A stretch of DNA of 64,000 nt. Origin: an uncultured bacterium (GTDB lineage Bacteria > Desulfobacterota > Deferrimicrobia > Deferrimicrobiales > Deferrimicrobiaceae). Positions 30,594-43,240 of this stretch are shown one piece after another. The stretch is from NCBI GenBank assembly GCA_963741515.1, contig CAVUIA010000001.1, forward strand, positions 323,767 through 387,766, given 5' to 3'. Each line of letters begins with the position of its first letter. Positions within the stretch are counted from its first letter, which is position 1. The position numbers and the translations under genes were made by a program. The notes under the pieces were generated by a model. It was not told where the DNA came from, did no database searches, and saw nothing but the letters and a program-made list of their open reading frames with translations.

Positions 30594-31808
30594 TCAGCCC
30601 TTTCCGGCCCTCTCTTTGAGCAGCGCCCGGATCCGCAGGCGCAGGGAGTTGATCTTGATGAACCCGGTCGCGTCGGCCTGGTTGTAGACCGCCTCCTTCT
30701 CGAAGGTGGCGAAGTCGGTCCGGTAGAGCGAAACGGGGCTCTTCCGGCCGGCCATGATGACGTTGCCCTTGTACAATTTGAGCCGCGCCGTGCCCGTGAC
30801 GTTCTCCTGGGTCGACACGATCGTTCCCTTCAGCAGGTCCATCTCGGGAGAGTACCAGTAGCCATTGTAGATCAGCTCGGCGAAGCGCGGCATCAGGGAG
30901 TCGCGCAGGTGCATGACCTCCCGGTCGAGCGTGATCGACTCGACGGCGCGGTGGGCGGCGTACAGGATGGTGCCCCCCGGCGTCTCGTACACCCCGCGCG
31001 ACTTCATGCCGACGTACCGGTTCTCGACGAGGTCGACGCGGCCGACGCCGTGCTTCCCGCCGAGGGCGTTGAGCCGGGCGAGGAGCTTCGCCGGCCCCAT
31101 CCTCTTCCCGTCGACCGCCACGGGGACCCCCTTCTCGAAGGAGACCTCCACGTATTCGGGCCGCGAGGGCGCGGCCTCCGGCGACCGGCTGAGGACGAAC
31201 ATGTTCTCCGGCGGCTCGGACCACGGGTCCTCGAGGATCCCCCCCTCGAAGCTGATGTGCAGCAGGTTCCGGTCGCTGGAGTACGGCTTCGCCGCCGTGA
31301 CGGGCGTGGGGATGCCGTGCTTCTTCGCGTAGGCGATGAGGTCGGTCCGGGACTTGAAGTCCCATTCCCTCCACGGGGCGATGACGCGGACGCCCGGCAT
31401 GAGCGCGTAATAGGTCAGCTCGAACCGGACCTGGTCGTTCCCCTTCCCCGTCGCGCCGTGGGAGACGGCGTCGGCCTTCTCTTTCCTCGCGATCTCGATC
31501 TGCTTCTTCGCGATGAGCGGCCGGGCGATCGAGGTGCCGAGGAAATACGCCCCCTCGTACACCGCGTTGGCCATCAGGGCCGGGAAGACGAAGTCGCGGA
31601 CGAACTCGTCCTTGAGGTCCTCCACGTAGACCTTCGACGCCCCGGTCTTCTTCGCCTTCACGCGCACGGGGGCCAGCTCCTCCCCCTGGCCGACGTCGGC
31701 GCAGAAGGCGATCACCTCGCAGCCGTACGTCTCCACGAGCCAGGTCAGGATCACCGAGGTGTCGAGGCCTCCGGAATAGGCCAGAACGACTTTCTTTATT
31801 TTTTCCAA
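30594..31808 (-). CDS. argG: argininosuccinate synthase
   Basis: [11 protein letters not shown]-loop motif. TTG start follows a GGAGGA Shine-Dalgarno. Part of track ORF 30594..32156. Confidence 0.9.
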   Translation of the reverse strand: MEKIKKVVLAYSGGLDTSVILTWLVETYGCEVIAFCADVGQGEELAPVRVKAKKTGASKVYVEDLKDEFVRDFVFPALMANAVYEGAYFLGTSIARPLIAKKQIEIARKEKADAVSHGATGKGNDQVRFELTYYALMPGVRVIAPWREWDFKSRTDLIAYAKKHGIPTPVTAAKPYSSDRNLLHISFEGGILEDPWSEPPENMFVLSRSPEAAPSRPEYVEVSFEKGVPVAVDGKRMGPAKLLARLNALGGKHGVGRVDLVENRYVGMKSRGVYETPGGTILYAAHRAVESITLDREVMHLRDSLMPRFAELIYNGYWYSPEMDLLKGTIVSTQENVTGTARLKLYKGNVIMAGRKSPVSLYRTDFATFEKEAVYNQADATGFIKINSLRLRIRALLKERAGKG

Positions 31809-31828
31809 GGTCTTGTTCCTCCGATTCT

Positions 31829-32743
31829 CTAGTGTTTGACGAGCTTGTCGAGAATGGCCATCTGGATGTGCATCCGGTTCTCCGCCTCGTCGAAGACGGC
31901 GGACGCCGGCCCCTCGATCACCTCGTCGGTGATCTCCTCGCCCCGGTGGGCGGGGAGGCAGTGCATCACGATCGCGCCGCGGGCGGCGTACCTCATCAGT
32001 TCGGCGTCGACCCGGTATCCCTTGAACGCGGCGAGCCGCTTCTTCACCTCGGCTTCCTGCCCCATGCTCGTCCAGACGTCCGTGTAGAGGACGTCCGCGT
32101 TCCGCGCGGCCTCGGACGGGTCGCGCACGATCTTGACGTTGCCCCGCCCCGCGCATTCCGCCTCATCGAGGATGTACCGCGCCGGCTCGTACCCGTTCGG
32201 GCACGCGACCCGCAGCGTGAAGCCGAGGACGTGGGCCGCCTCCACCCAGGAGTTGGCCACGTTGTTGCCGTCGCCGATGAACGCCACGCGCATCTTCCGG
32301 AGGTCCTTCCCGCGCTCCTTCGCCGTCATCAGGTCGGCCAGGATCTGGCAGGGGTGGTGGTCGTCGGTCAGCCCGTTCACGACCGGGACCGTCGAGAGCT
32401 CGGCGAGCTCCACGGCGGTGGCGTGGGCGAAGGTCCGGATGACGATCGCGTCGACGTACCGCGACAGGACCCGGGCGGTGTCCCGGATCGGCTCCCCGCG
32501 CCCGATCTGGGTGTCCTCGGGCGACATGAAGAGGGCGTGCCCCCCCAGGCGGTGCATCCCCACCTCGAACGAGACGCGCGTGCGGGTGGACGCCTTCTGG
32601 AAGATCATCCCGAGCGACTTGCCCGCGAGCGGCCGGGGCGCGCCCTTCTTTCCCCCGCGCCGCTTCCACGCGCACCCGGACGCGATCAGCGACAGGATCT
32701 CCCGGTCGGTCAGGTCCAGTATCCTCAGCAGGTCCTTCTTCAT
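31829..32743 (-). CDS. argF: ornithine carbamoyltransferase
   Basis: STRTR and HCLP motifs. ATG MKKDLL follows a GAGGGGAGG Shine-Dalgarno. Confidence 0.9.
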   Translation of the reverse strand: MKKDLLRILDLTDREILSLIASGCAWKRRGGKKGAPRPLAGKSLGMIFQKASTRTRVSFEVGMHRLGGHALFMSPEDTQIGRGEPIRDTARVLSRYVDAIVIRTFAHATAVELAELSTVPVVNGLTDDHHPCQILADLMTAKERGKDLRKMRVAFIGDGNNVANSWVEAAHVLGFTLRVACPNGYEPARYILDEAECAGRGNVKIVRDPSEAARNADVLYTDVWTSMGQEAEVKKRLAAFKGYRVDAELMRYAARGAIVMHCLPAHRGEEITDEVIEGPASAVFDEAENRMHIQMAILDKLVKH

Positions 32744-32757
32744 CCCGAAGCCTCCCC

Positions 32758-33941
32758 TCACGCCATCACGCCCGAAAGGATGGACAGGGCGCGGCCGATC
32801 TCGTCCTCCGTCACGTTGAGGGGCGGGAGGAAGCGCAGGACGCTGCTCCCCGCCGCGTTGATGACGAGCCCCTCCTCGAGGCATTTCGCGACGATCGGCT
32901 TCGCCGTCTCGCCCGCGAGCTCCATCCCGACCATGAGCCCCGCGCCGCGGATCTCGACGACGTCGCCGCGCCGGGCCGCGATCTCCCGCAATCCCTCCGT
33001 GAGCCGCTCCCCCTTCCGGGCGACGGCCGCGAGGAACCCGGGGGAGAGGATCTCCTCGAGCACCGCCAGCGACGCGGCGCATGCGACGGGGTTCCCGCCG
33101 AACGTGCTCCCGTGGCTGCCGGGCCCGAAGGCCTCGGCGACGTCTTCCCGCGCGATGAGGGCGCCCAGCGGCAGCCCGTTGGCCAGCCCCTTCGCCAGGG
33201 TGACGACGTCGGGCGCGATCCCGTACCGCTCGCACGCCAGGAACGTCCCGGTGCGACCCATCCCGGTCTGGATCTCGTCGGCGACGAGGAGCGCCCCCGT
33301 CTTCCGGCAGAGCGCCTCCGCTTCCTTCAGGTACCCCTCCGGGTGCAGCCGGACGCCGCTTTCCCCCTGGATCGGCTCGACCAGGAAGGCGCAGGCGCCC
33401 GCTTCGAGCGCGGCCCCGAGCGCATTGATGTCCCCGAAGGGGACCGTCACGAACCCCGGGAGCATCGGCTCGAACCCCTCGTGGAACTTCGGCTGGCCGG
33501 TCGCGGAAAGGCCGCCGTAGGTCCGGCCGTGGAACGACCCCGAGAGGACGACGATCGCGTGCGGCCCTTCCGGTTTCCGCCCGCGGGACCATTTCCTCAC
33601 CAGCTTGATCGCCGCCTCGTTGGCCTCCGTCCCGCTGTTGCAGAAGAACACCCTGCCGCCCGTCGTGGCCTTCGAGAGCCGCTCGCCGAGGAGCGCCTGG
33701 GACGGCACGTGGAACAGGTTCGACACGTGCACCAGCTTCCCCGCCTGCTCGGCGATGGCGCGCGTGACGGCGGGGTGGGCGTGGCCGAGGACGGCGACGG
33801 CGATCCCCCCGAGGAAGTCGAGGTACCGCTTGCCGGCGTCGTCGTACAGCCAGCTCCCCTCCCCCCGGACGAAGGTCACCTGGGCCCGGGTGTAGTTCTT
33901 CATCTGGTACCGGTCCGTGAGGGCGATGCCCTCCCCCGCCT

Positions 33942-33945
<4 letters not shown>
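32758..33945 (-). CDS. argD: acetylornithine aminotransferase
   Basis: Class-III aminotransferase ([21 protein letters not shown]). ATG MKAGEG follows a GGAGG Shine-Dalgarno. Confidence 0.85.
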
Positions 33946-34855
<910 letters not shown>

Positions 34856-36261
34856 CTAAAGGATATACCGGCTCAGGTCCACGTTCTTGACCACTCCCGC
34901 GAGGCGCTCGTCCACGTAGGCGCGGGTGACGGTGAAGGTCTGTCCCGCCATCTCGGGCGCGGCGAACAGGACCTCGTCGAGCAGCCGCTCCATCACCGTG
35001 TGCAGGCGCCTCGCCCCGATGTTCTCCGTCCGGTCGTTCACCTCGCACCGCCATCTCGGCGATCCGCTCGACGGCCTCCGGCTCGAAGGCGAGCCGCACC
35101 CCCTCGGTCGCCAGCAGCGCCTCGTACTGCCGCGTCAGCGCGCCGTGCGGCTCGGTGAGGATCCGCACGAAGTCGTCCTTCGTCGAGGGAGCGCGAGCTC
35201 GACGCGGATGGGGAAGCGCCCCTGCAGCTCGGGGATGAGGTCGGACGGCTTGGTCACGTGGAACGCGCCCGCGGCGATGAACAGGATGTGGTCCGTCCGG
35301 ACGACCCCGTACTTCGTGTTCACGTTGGACCCCTCGACGATCGGCAGCAGGTCGCGCTGCACCCCCTGCGCGCGAGACGTCGGGCCCCGTGCCGGACTCC
35401 CTGCCCGGCGATCTTGTCGATCTCGTCGAGGAAGACGATGCCGGACTGCTCGGTCCGCTCCACCGCCGAGCTGCTTCACCCGGTCCATGTCGATCCGGCG
35501 CGCGGCCTCCTCCTGCCTCGAGAGTGCCGCAGGGCGTCGGGGACCCGCATCTTCTTCCTGCGCGTGCGCTTCGGCAGGAGGCTCGACAGCATCTCCTGGA
35601 GGTTGCCGTCCATCCCCTCGGGCATCCCGCCGCCATGGGCCCCAGGTCGATGATCGGCAGCGGCCGCCTCCCGCACCTCGACGTCGACCGTGCGGTCCGA
35701 AAGCTTCCCCTCGCGCAGCATGCGCGCGGAACCGCTCCCGCGTCTCCCCCGACGCCGTCGCTCGGCGCTCGCCTCGCCTCGGGGCCCCGGCCTGCGGTCG
35801 CCCCCCGCGCCGGCGCGCGGGGGCAGCAGGAGATCGAGGACGCGCTCCTCGGCGTCGGCCTTCGCCCGGTCCGCGACCTCTTCCATCTCCTCGGCCCGCA
35901 CCATGTGGACGGCGATCTCGATCGAGGTCGCGGATGATCGACTCGACGTCGCGCCCGACGTACCCCACCTCGGTGAACTTGGACGCCTCCACCTTGATGA
36001 AGGGGGCCTGGGCGAGCTTCGCCAGCCGCCGCGCGATCTCGGTCTTGCCGACGCCGGTCGGGCCGATCATGATGATGTTCTTCGGGACGATCTCGTCCCG
36101 CAGGTCCGGCGGCACCTGCCGGCGCCGCCACCGGTTCCGCAGCGCGATCGCCACCGCGCGCTTGGCGTCGTCCTGCCCGACGATGTACCGGTCGAGCTCG
36201 GCGACGATCTCCCGGGGGACCAGGGGGCGTTGGCCGCCCCGACGGCATTTCCCGGCGTCAT
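34856..36261 (-). CDS. hslU: ATP-dependent protease ATPase subunit HslU (multiple frame shifts)
   Basis: [50 protein letters not shown], intermediate-domain and C-terminal fragments (...[17 protein letters not shown]...) lie in at least four frames. ATG overlaps the hslV stop. Confidence 0.8.
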
Positions 36262-36800
36262 GGCGATGCGATCTCCTCGGACACGATGTTGTCGTTCGTG
36301 TACATGCAGATCTCGGAGGCGACGCGCACGGCCTCCCGCGCGATCTCCCCCGCCGGGAGGTCGGTGTGGAGGAGCAGGGCGCGCGCCGCCGCCAGCGCGA
36401 AGGGGCCGCCCGACCCGATGCCGATCACGCCGTCGTCGGGCTCGACCACGTCCCCGTTCCCGGAAAGGAGGATGAGGTCCTTGCCGTCGGTGACCACCAT
36501 CAGCGCCTCCAGGCGCCGCAGCACGCGGTCGGTGCGCCAGTCCTTCGCCAGCTCGACCGCGGCCCTCCGCAGGTTCCCGCGGAATTCGGACAGCTTGGCC
36601 TCGAACTTCTCGAACAGGGTGAAGGCGTCCGCCGTGCTCCCGGCGAACCCCGCCAGCACCTGCCCCTCGTGGAGGCGCCGGATCTTCCGCGCCGTCCTCT
36701 TCAGCACCGCGTTCCCCATCGTCACCTGGCCGTCCCCCGCGACGGCCACGCACCCGCCCCGCGAGACGGCGACCACGGTCGTTCCCTGGAACTGCGTCAT
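36258..36800 (-). CDS. hslV: ATP-dependent protease subunit HslV
   Basis: [16 protein letters not shown]... with N-terminal Thr nucleophile and [17 protein letters not shown] overlaps the xerC stop. Confidence 0.85.
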   Translation of the reverse strand: MTQFQGTTVVAVSRGGCVAVAGDGQVTMGNAVLKRTARKIRRLHEGQVLAGFAGSTADAFTLFEKFEAKLSEFRGNLRRAAVELAKDWRTDRVLRRLEALMVVTDGKDLILLSGNGDVVEPDDGVIGIGSGGPFALAAARALLLHTDLPAGEIAREAVRVASEICMYTNDNIVSEEIASP

Positions 36801-37774
36801 TTTCCCTTCGCCCCCTTCCCGCCGCGCGCCTTTCCGGCGGCCAGCGGGTGCGCCTTCTCGTACATGCCCACCAGGTGAGACACGTCGACCCGGGCGTACC
36901 TCTGCGTCGTCGAGAGGGAGGCGTGCCCGAGCATCTCCTGGATCGCGCGCAGGTCGGCGCCCGACTCGAGGAGGTGCGTCGCGAAGGAGTGCCGGATCCC
37001 GTGGGGCGAAAGGTGGCGCCGCGCCCCCGGGCCGTTCCCGACCGCCTCCGACAGCATCCTCGCCACGCTGCGCGCCGAGATCCCCGCGCCGGATTTCCGC
37101 CCCACCTTCCCCCGCTGGTTCAAAAAGAGCGGCTCGTCGATGGCGCTGCGGAAATCGCCCCCCTGCGCCGCCGGGCGGACGGCCAGGTAGCCGCGCAGCG
37201 CGCGGACGGCCTTTTCCCCGACGGGGACCACCCGGACCTTCCTCCCCTTGCCCGTGACGCGGACCGTCCCGCCGTCGAGGGAAACGTCGCGCATCCTCAA
37301 GGACACGAGCTCCCCGACCCGCAGCCCCGAGGAGTAGAGCAGCTCGAGGATCGCGAGGTTCCGCTTCGACACCGGGTCGTCCGCCGGGAGGGAGGAGAGG
37401 AAGCCCGCCATCTCGTCCACCGGGAGGAACTCCGGGAGCCGCATCGACCTGCGGGGGGCGGACAGCCCGGACGCGGGGTTGGTCCGCACCTCCCCCACCT
37501 CGACGAGGAACGAAAAGAACGTGCGCACCGCGGAGAGCCGCCTGCAGACCGTCGAGGATTCGCGCCCGGGAAGCGACGAGGACAGGAACCGCCTCAGGTC
37601 GGCGGTGGAGACGAACCGCCAGCCGTCGCCGCCGTCGGGGTCTTTCCCCGCGGTCTCCACGAGGTGGTCCCGCAGCGCCCGGACCTCCCGGAGGTAGGCG
37701 CGGACGGTCTCCTTCGACGCGTTCCGTTCCGCCTCGAGAGACTTCCCGAACCGGCTGACAGCCCCACCGTCCAC
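36797..37774 (-). CDS. xerC: tyrosine site-specific recombinase XerC/XerD
   Basis: Intact 325-aa ORF with the R...HxxR...Y catalytic set ([24 protein letters not shown]). xerC-hslV-hslU synteny. Confidence 0.85.
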   Translation of the reverse strand: MDGGAVSRFGKSLEAERNASKETVRAYLREVRALRDHLVETAGKDPDGGDGWRFVSTADLRRFLSSSLPGRESSTVCRRLSAVRTFFSFLVEVGEVRTNPASGLSAPRRSMRLPEFLPVDEMAGFLSSLPADDPVSKRNLAILELLYSSGLRVGELVSLRMRDVSLDGGTVRVTGKGRKVRVVPVGEKAVRALRGYLAVRPAAQGGDFRSAIDEPLFLNQRGKVGRKSGAGISARSVARMLSEAVGNGPGARRHLSPHGIRHSFATHLLESGADLRAIQEMLGHASLSTTQRYARVDVSHLVGMYEKAHPLAAGKARGGKGAKGK

Positions 37775-37868
37775 CGTGGCGTTTCCCCCGAAATGTAAAA
37801 GAGTTTTGTAACACTCAACGGGCCAGAATTCAAGCCGGAGGGCCGCGGTCCCCGGGCGGGAAGCGGTG

Positions 37869-39181
37869 TCAGATCAGCGCGGACGCGAATTTCCGGGCCG
37901 CGTCGAGGGCGACCTCCGCCTTCCGTTCCTTCCGTTCCTTCTTCCGGCGCACGGCCATCTCGGGGAGCAGGCCGAAGTTGGCGTTCATCGGCTGGGACGG
38001 CCCGGACCCGGGGGCGGTGATGTGGGCCATCAGCGCGCCGATCATGGACTCCGGCGGGAAGGGGGCCGGCTCCTTTCCGAAGGCGCGCGCCGCGGCGGAC
38101 ACCCCCGCGACCAGCCCCGAGGCGATCGATTCCACGTACCCTTCCACCCCGGTGATCTGCCCCGCGAAGAACAGCCCCGGCCGGCCGCGGAACTCCATGC
38201 AGGGCGTCAGGCAGCGCCGGGCGTCGATGAAGCTGTTGCGGTGGACCGAGCCGTACCGCAGGAACTCGGCGTTTTCCAGCCCCGGGACGAGGGAGAAGAC
38301 CCTCTTCTGCTCCGGGTACGTCATCCGCGTCTGGAAGCCCACGAGGTTGAACATCGTGCCTTCCGCGTTCTCCTTCCGCAGCTGCAGGACCGCGTGGGGG
38401 ATCCTCCCCGTTCGCGGGTCGGGGAGCCCCACGGGCCGCAGCGGCCCGAAGAGCAGCGTCTCGGGGCCGCGCCGGACGATCTCCTCCACCGGCATGCATC
38501 CCTCGAAGTACCTGGGCTCCTCGAATTCCCGCAGCGGCACGGTCTTCGCCGACAGGAGCGCGGCGAAGAACGCCTCGTACCGCTCCCGGTCCATGGGAAG
38601 GTTGAGATAGTCTCCCGTCCCCACGCCGTACCGGTCCGCGACGTACCCCGCGCCCGGGCCGATCGTCGCGGCGTCCACGATGGGGGAAATGGCGTCGTAG
38701 AAGTAGAAGCCGTCCTCGCCGATCAGCGCCGCGGATCGCCGAGGCGATGGCCTCGCTGGCGAGCGGGCCGCACGCCAGCACGACGAGCGGCGCGTCCGGG
38801 ATCCCGGTCGCCTCCTCCTCGAAGACCCGGATGCCGGGGGCGGACCGCACGGCCTCCGTCACCCGCGCGCGCGAACCGCTCCCGGTCCACCGCCAGCGCC
38901 TTGCCCGCGGGCACCCTCGCCGCGTCGGCGATCGGGAGCAGCGCCGACCCCAGGATCCGCAGCTCCTCCTTCAGCAGCCCCTTCCCGGAGACGACCTCCT
39001 CCGAGCCCAGGGAGTTGCTGCACACGAGCTCCGCGAACCAGCCCGTGCGGTGCGCCTCCGTCCGTCCGCCGGGGCGCATCTCGAACAGGTCCACGCCCAG
39101 CCCCGCGCCCGCGAGCTTCAGGGAAGCCTCGGACCCGGCGAGCCCGGCGCCCACGACCGTCACCCGGGCCCGCTCAGGCAT
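37869..39181 (-). CDS. trmFO: methylenetetrahydrofolate-tRNA-(uracil-5-)-methyltransferase TrmFO (one frame shift near 38700)
   Basis: N-terminal FAD Rossmann motif ([12 protein letters not shown]) and the conserved C-terminal body lie in two frames. Confidence 0.85.
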
Positions 39182-40859
39182 CTTCGGCCGCTTCCGGCTC
39201 CCTCCTTCTCCGCGATCGGGAAGAAAACGGAGAAGGTGCTCCCCTGCCCGGGGTGGGAGCGGGCCTCGATGAATCCCTTGTGGTGGTGCACGATCCGCTG
39301 GGAGATCGAGAGGCCGAGCCCCGTGCCCCCCTCCTTCGTCGTGAAGAAGGGGTTGAAGATCTTCTCCAGGTTCTGCGGGTCGATCCCGACGCCCGAGTCG
39401 GAGACCGTCAGCACGGCGTACCGGGTGCCGTGCCGGATCTGCTCGAAGGCGTCCACGATGATGCGGCCCCCCGGCGGCGTCGACTGCACCGCGTTGCGGA
39501 CCAGGTTCCAGACCACCTGCTTGAGCTGCGCGGCGTCTCCCTCGACCTCCAGCTCCTTCGTCGCCGCGTCCTCGATCAGGAGGTTTTTCTCCCTCCCCTC
39601 CCCGGTCCGTATGGCCCCCGCGACCTCGCGGAGGAGCGACGTCACCCGGACCCGGTCGACGCTCCGGATGGAGGTCCCCGTGTAGGAGAGGAAATCGGAG
39701 ATGAGGACGTTCAGCCGCTTGCTCTCCCGGTCGATGATCTCCAGGAGCGTGGCGGCGTCCTCCGGGACGTCGGGAGACTCGCGGAGGAGCTGGGAGGAGC
39801 CGGAGATGGAGGCGAGGGGGTTCCGGATCTCGTGCGCGAGCCCGGCGGCCATCTCCCCCACGCCGGCCAGGCGGTCGGCGATCCGCACGCGCTCCTCCAT
39901 CTGCTTGATGGGCGTCAGGTCCTGGAAGATGACCACGCGCCCGATGACGCCGCCGTCCGCGTCCCTCATCTGGGAGGCGGAGAACCCGAGGAAGATCTCC
40001 GTGCCGTCCGGCCGGACGAACCGGATCTCCGGGCGCGGCGCGGGCGGCTCGCCCCTCCGGGAGCGGTCCCCGTCGCCGTCGATCCCGCCGAGGATCTCCT
40101 GGAGCGGCCTGCCGGTCAGCTCGTCCGGCCCCACCCCGAGGATCGCGCACGCCGTGTCGTTATTGAGGGTGATCCTGCCTTCCAGGTCGGTCGTCAGGAT
40201 GCCGGAAGGGATGTTGTCGATCACGTTCTTGTGGAACGTCTCCAGCTTGCGGATCACCTCGTCCCGGTCCTGCACCCGCTCCATCCCCTTGCGGATGTCC
40301 TCCCCCAGCAGCCCCGAGAGGGCGCCGGTCAGGAAAAAGCCCGAGCAGTGGATGCCCGACGTGCGGAGGAACTGCGCCAGCGTGATCGTCGTTTCCTCGA
40401 AACCGGGCGGGGTGATGATCCTCTTCATCTGCAGGTAGATGAGGGTCGCGTAGGACACGGAGGAAAGCAGGGCCCACACGAGCGCCCCCTCCGGTAGCGC
40501 TCGAGGCTCCCGAGCAGGATCATCAGGACGTACATGAAGGAGAACACGCTCTCGATGCCGCCGGTGGCGAACACCAGGATCGAGATGAACCCCATGTCGA
40601 TCAGCGCCTGCACGTACGCGCCGACGTTCGGGAACTCCGTGCGCCCCCAGGCGGCGTACCGGAGCAGCAGCCACCCGTAGGACAGGAGGACCGCGAAATA
40701 GAGGTATTTGAACCCCGCGGACAGCAGCAGCTCCGGCTCGCGGAACTGCAGCGTCGCCACGGACGCCAGGAGCGCGAAGCTGATCCCCGACCGGACCAGG
40801 AGGAAATTGCGGCCCGCCTGTTCCTGCGCCCCGCGCCCCTCCGCGGGGACGGGAGGCAA
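39160..40859 (-). CDS. membrane sensor histidine kinase with a PAS domain (PilS-like), one frame shift near 40490
   Basis: N-terminal multi-TM region, PAS, HisKA (LAHEIRNPL) and HATPase_c (GTGLGLS). Lies directly downstream of pilC. Confidence 0.7.
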
Positions 40860-40862
40860 CGG

Positions 40863-42080
40863 TTATCCTCCGACGGCGCCCGCCAGCTTGAACACCGGCA
40901 GGTACATCGCGATGACCAGTCCGCCGATGACCACGCCGAGGAAGATCATCAGCATCGGCTCGAGGAGCGACGTCAGCGCCTCGACGGCCGAATCGACCTC
41001 CTCGTCGTAGAAATCGGCGATCTTGTTGAGCATCACGTCGAGCGCGCCGGTGGCCTCGCCGACCGCCACCATCTGGGTCACCATCGTGGGGAAGACGTTG
41101 CTCTCGGCCAGCGGCTCGGCGATCGTCTTGCCCTCGCTGATGCTGCCGCGCGCCTTCACGATCGCCTCCTCGATGATCTTGTTCCCCGCGGTCTTCGACA
41201 CGATGTCCATGCTCTCGAGGATGGGGACGCCGCTGCTCACCATCGTGCCGAGGGTCCGCGAGAAGCGGGCGACCGCGATGCGCTGCAGGAGGGAGCCGAC
41301 CACCGGGAGCCGCAGCAGGAGCCGGTCCCAGTTCCGCCGGCCGGTTTCCTGCGCGATGTACCACTTGAAGGCCGCCGCGCCCGCGAAGGACAGGACGATG
41401 AAGACCAGGAAGTATTTCCGGGTGATCTCGCTGATCTTCATCACGATGGCGGTGGGCGCGGGAAGCGTCCCGCCGAAGTCCGTGAACATCTTCGCGAAGA
41501 TCGGGATGACGTACACGAGGAGGACGACCGTGACGATGACGGCCACGGCCAGGATCGTGGCCGGGTAGACCATCGCCCCCTTGATCTTCTTTGCCAGCTT
41601 CATCGCCTTCTCGATGTGATCGGCCAGGCGGGAGAGGATCGTGTCGAGGATGCCGCCCACCTCGCCGGCGGCGACCAGGTTGACGAACAGGGGATCGAAC
41701 ACCTTCGGGTGCTTGCCGAGCGCGTCGGCGAAGGTGGAGCCGCTCTCCACGTCTTCCTTGACCTGGACGAGCACCTTCTTGAACGAAAGGTTCTCCTGCT
41801 GGGTCCCGAGGATGTCGAGGCACTGGACGAGCGGGAGCCCCGCGTCGATCATGGTGGCGAACTGGCGGGTGAAGACGGCCAGCTCCTTCTGGGAGACCTT
41901 CTTCTCCCCCATCCCCGGCAACCGGAGGGCGAGGTTGAAGCCGCCCGCCTTCTTTATGCTGACGGGGGCGATCTGCTCCCGGCGCAACTGCGCGAGCACG
42001 AACGCCTCGTTCGGGGCCTCGATCTCGCCGGTCACCTTCGCGCCGCCCCGGTTCTTCCCTTCCCAAGCGAATTTCGCCAT
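40863..42080 (-). CDS. pilC: type IV pilus assembly platform protein PilC
   Basis: Intact 405-aa ORF with two GspF-like repeats. Confidence 0.9.
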   Translation of the reverse strand: MAKFAWEGKNRGGAKVTGEIEAPNEAFVLAQLRREQIAPVSIKKAGGFNLALRLPGMGEKKVSQKELAVFTRQFATMIDAGLPLVQCLDILGTQQENLSFKKVLVQVKEDVESGSTFADALGKHPKVFDPLFVNLVAAGEVGGILDTILSRLADHIEKAMKLAKKIKGAMVYPATILAVAVIVTVVLLVYVIPIFAKMFTDFGGTLPAPTAIVMKISEITRKYFLVFIVLSFAGAAAFKWYIAQETGRRNWDRLLLRLPVVGSLLQRIAVARFSRTLGTMVSSGVPILESMDIVSKTAGNKIIEEAIVKARGSISEGKTIAEPLAESNVFPTMVTQMVAVGEATGALDVMLNKIADFYDEEVDSAVEALTSLLEPMLMIFLGVVIGGLVIAMYLPVFKLAGAVGG

Positions 42081-42111
42081 CGTCAGCCTCCGTCACCTGG
42101 AGAGAAAGATA

Positions 42112-43212
42112 TCACGCCCTGCGAACCGGCCCCGTCTGCCCGCCCTGCTGCATCGTCGTGAGCAGGTTCCGGAACTCGTCCGGGTCGTTGCTGCGGCCCA
42201 CCGCGTCGTCGAGGGAGATCTCGCGCCGCTGGAGGCACTGTATGAGCGACTGGTTCATCGTCTGCATGCCGAACTTGTTCTGCCCCACCTGCATCTGCGA
42301 GTAGATCTGGTGGACCTTCTCCTCGCGGATCAGGTTCCGGATCGCGGGGTTCGGGATCATCACCTCGAGCGCCAGCACCCGCCCGGGGCCGTTGGCCCGG
42401 GGGATGAGGATCTGCGAGATGACCCCCTCGAGGACGAGGGAGAGCTGCGCCCGCACCTGGGGCTGCTGGTACGGCGGGAACACGTCGAGGATCCGGTTGA
42501 TCGTCTGGACGCACGAGTTGGTGTGGAGGGTCGCGAAAACGAGGTGGCCGGTCTCCGCGACCGTGAGGGCCGCCTCGATCGTCTCGAGGTCGCGCATCTC
42601 GCCGATGAGGACGACGTCGGGGTCCTGGCGGAGGATGTACTTCAGCGCCTTCTTGAAGGACTGCGTGTCGGAGGTGACCTCCCGCTGGTTCACCAGGCAC
42701 TTCTTGTGCGGGTGGAGGTACTCGATCGGGTCCTCGATGGTGATGATGTGCTCCTGCCGCTCGTTGTTGATCTTGTCGATCATCGACGCGAGGGTCGTCG
42801 ATTTCCCGGAGCCCGTCGGGCCGGTGACCAGCACCAGCCCGCGCGGCTTCTTGCAGAGGTCCTTCAGCACCGGCGGGAGCCCCAGCTCCTCGAAGGGCCG
42901 CACGCGGAAGGGGATGGTCCGGAACGCCCCCGCGCACGCCCCGCGCTGCATGTAGATGTTGGCGCGGAACCGGCTCAGGCCCTTGACGCCGAACGACAGG
43001 TCGAGCTCCCATTCCTCCTCGAACCGCTGCTTCTGCGCCTCGGTCAGGATGCTGTAGCACAGCCGCTTGGTGTCCTGCGGCATCAGCGGCTCGTAGGAGA
43101 GCGGGACCAGGCTGCCGTCCACCCGGATCGTCGGGGCGATCCCCGTCGTCAGGTGGAGGTCGGACGCCCCCTTCTCGTACATCTGGCTGAGCAGTTCCTG
43201 CATCGTCACCAT
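42112..43212 (-). CDS. pilT: twitching-motility ATPase PilT
   Basis: Intact 366-aa ORF with Walker A GPTGSGKST and PilT-specific motifs. Confidence 0.9.
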   Translation of the reverse strand: MVTMQELLSQMYEKGASDLHLTTGIAPTIRVDGSLVPLSYEPLMPQDTKRLCYSILTEAQKQRFEEEWELDLSFGVKGLSRFRANIYMQRGACAGAFRTIPFRVRPFEELGLPPVLKDLCKKPRGLVLVTGPTGSGKSTTLASMIDKINNERQEHIITIEDPIEYLHPHKKCLVNQREVTSDTQSFKKALKYILRQDPDVVLIGEMRDLETIEAALTVAETGHLVFATLHTNSCVQTINRILDVFPPYQQPQVRAQLSLVLEGVISQILIPRANGPGRVLALEVMIPNPAIRNLIREEKVHQIYSQMQVGQNKFGMQTMNQSLIQCLQRREISLDDAVGRSNDPDEFRNLLTTMQQGGQTGPVRRA

Positions 43213-43240
43213 GTTGCGGCTCTCCTCCTTTTATCCTCTA

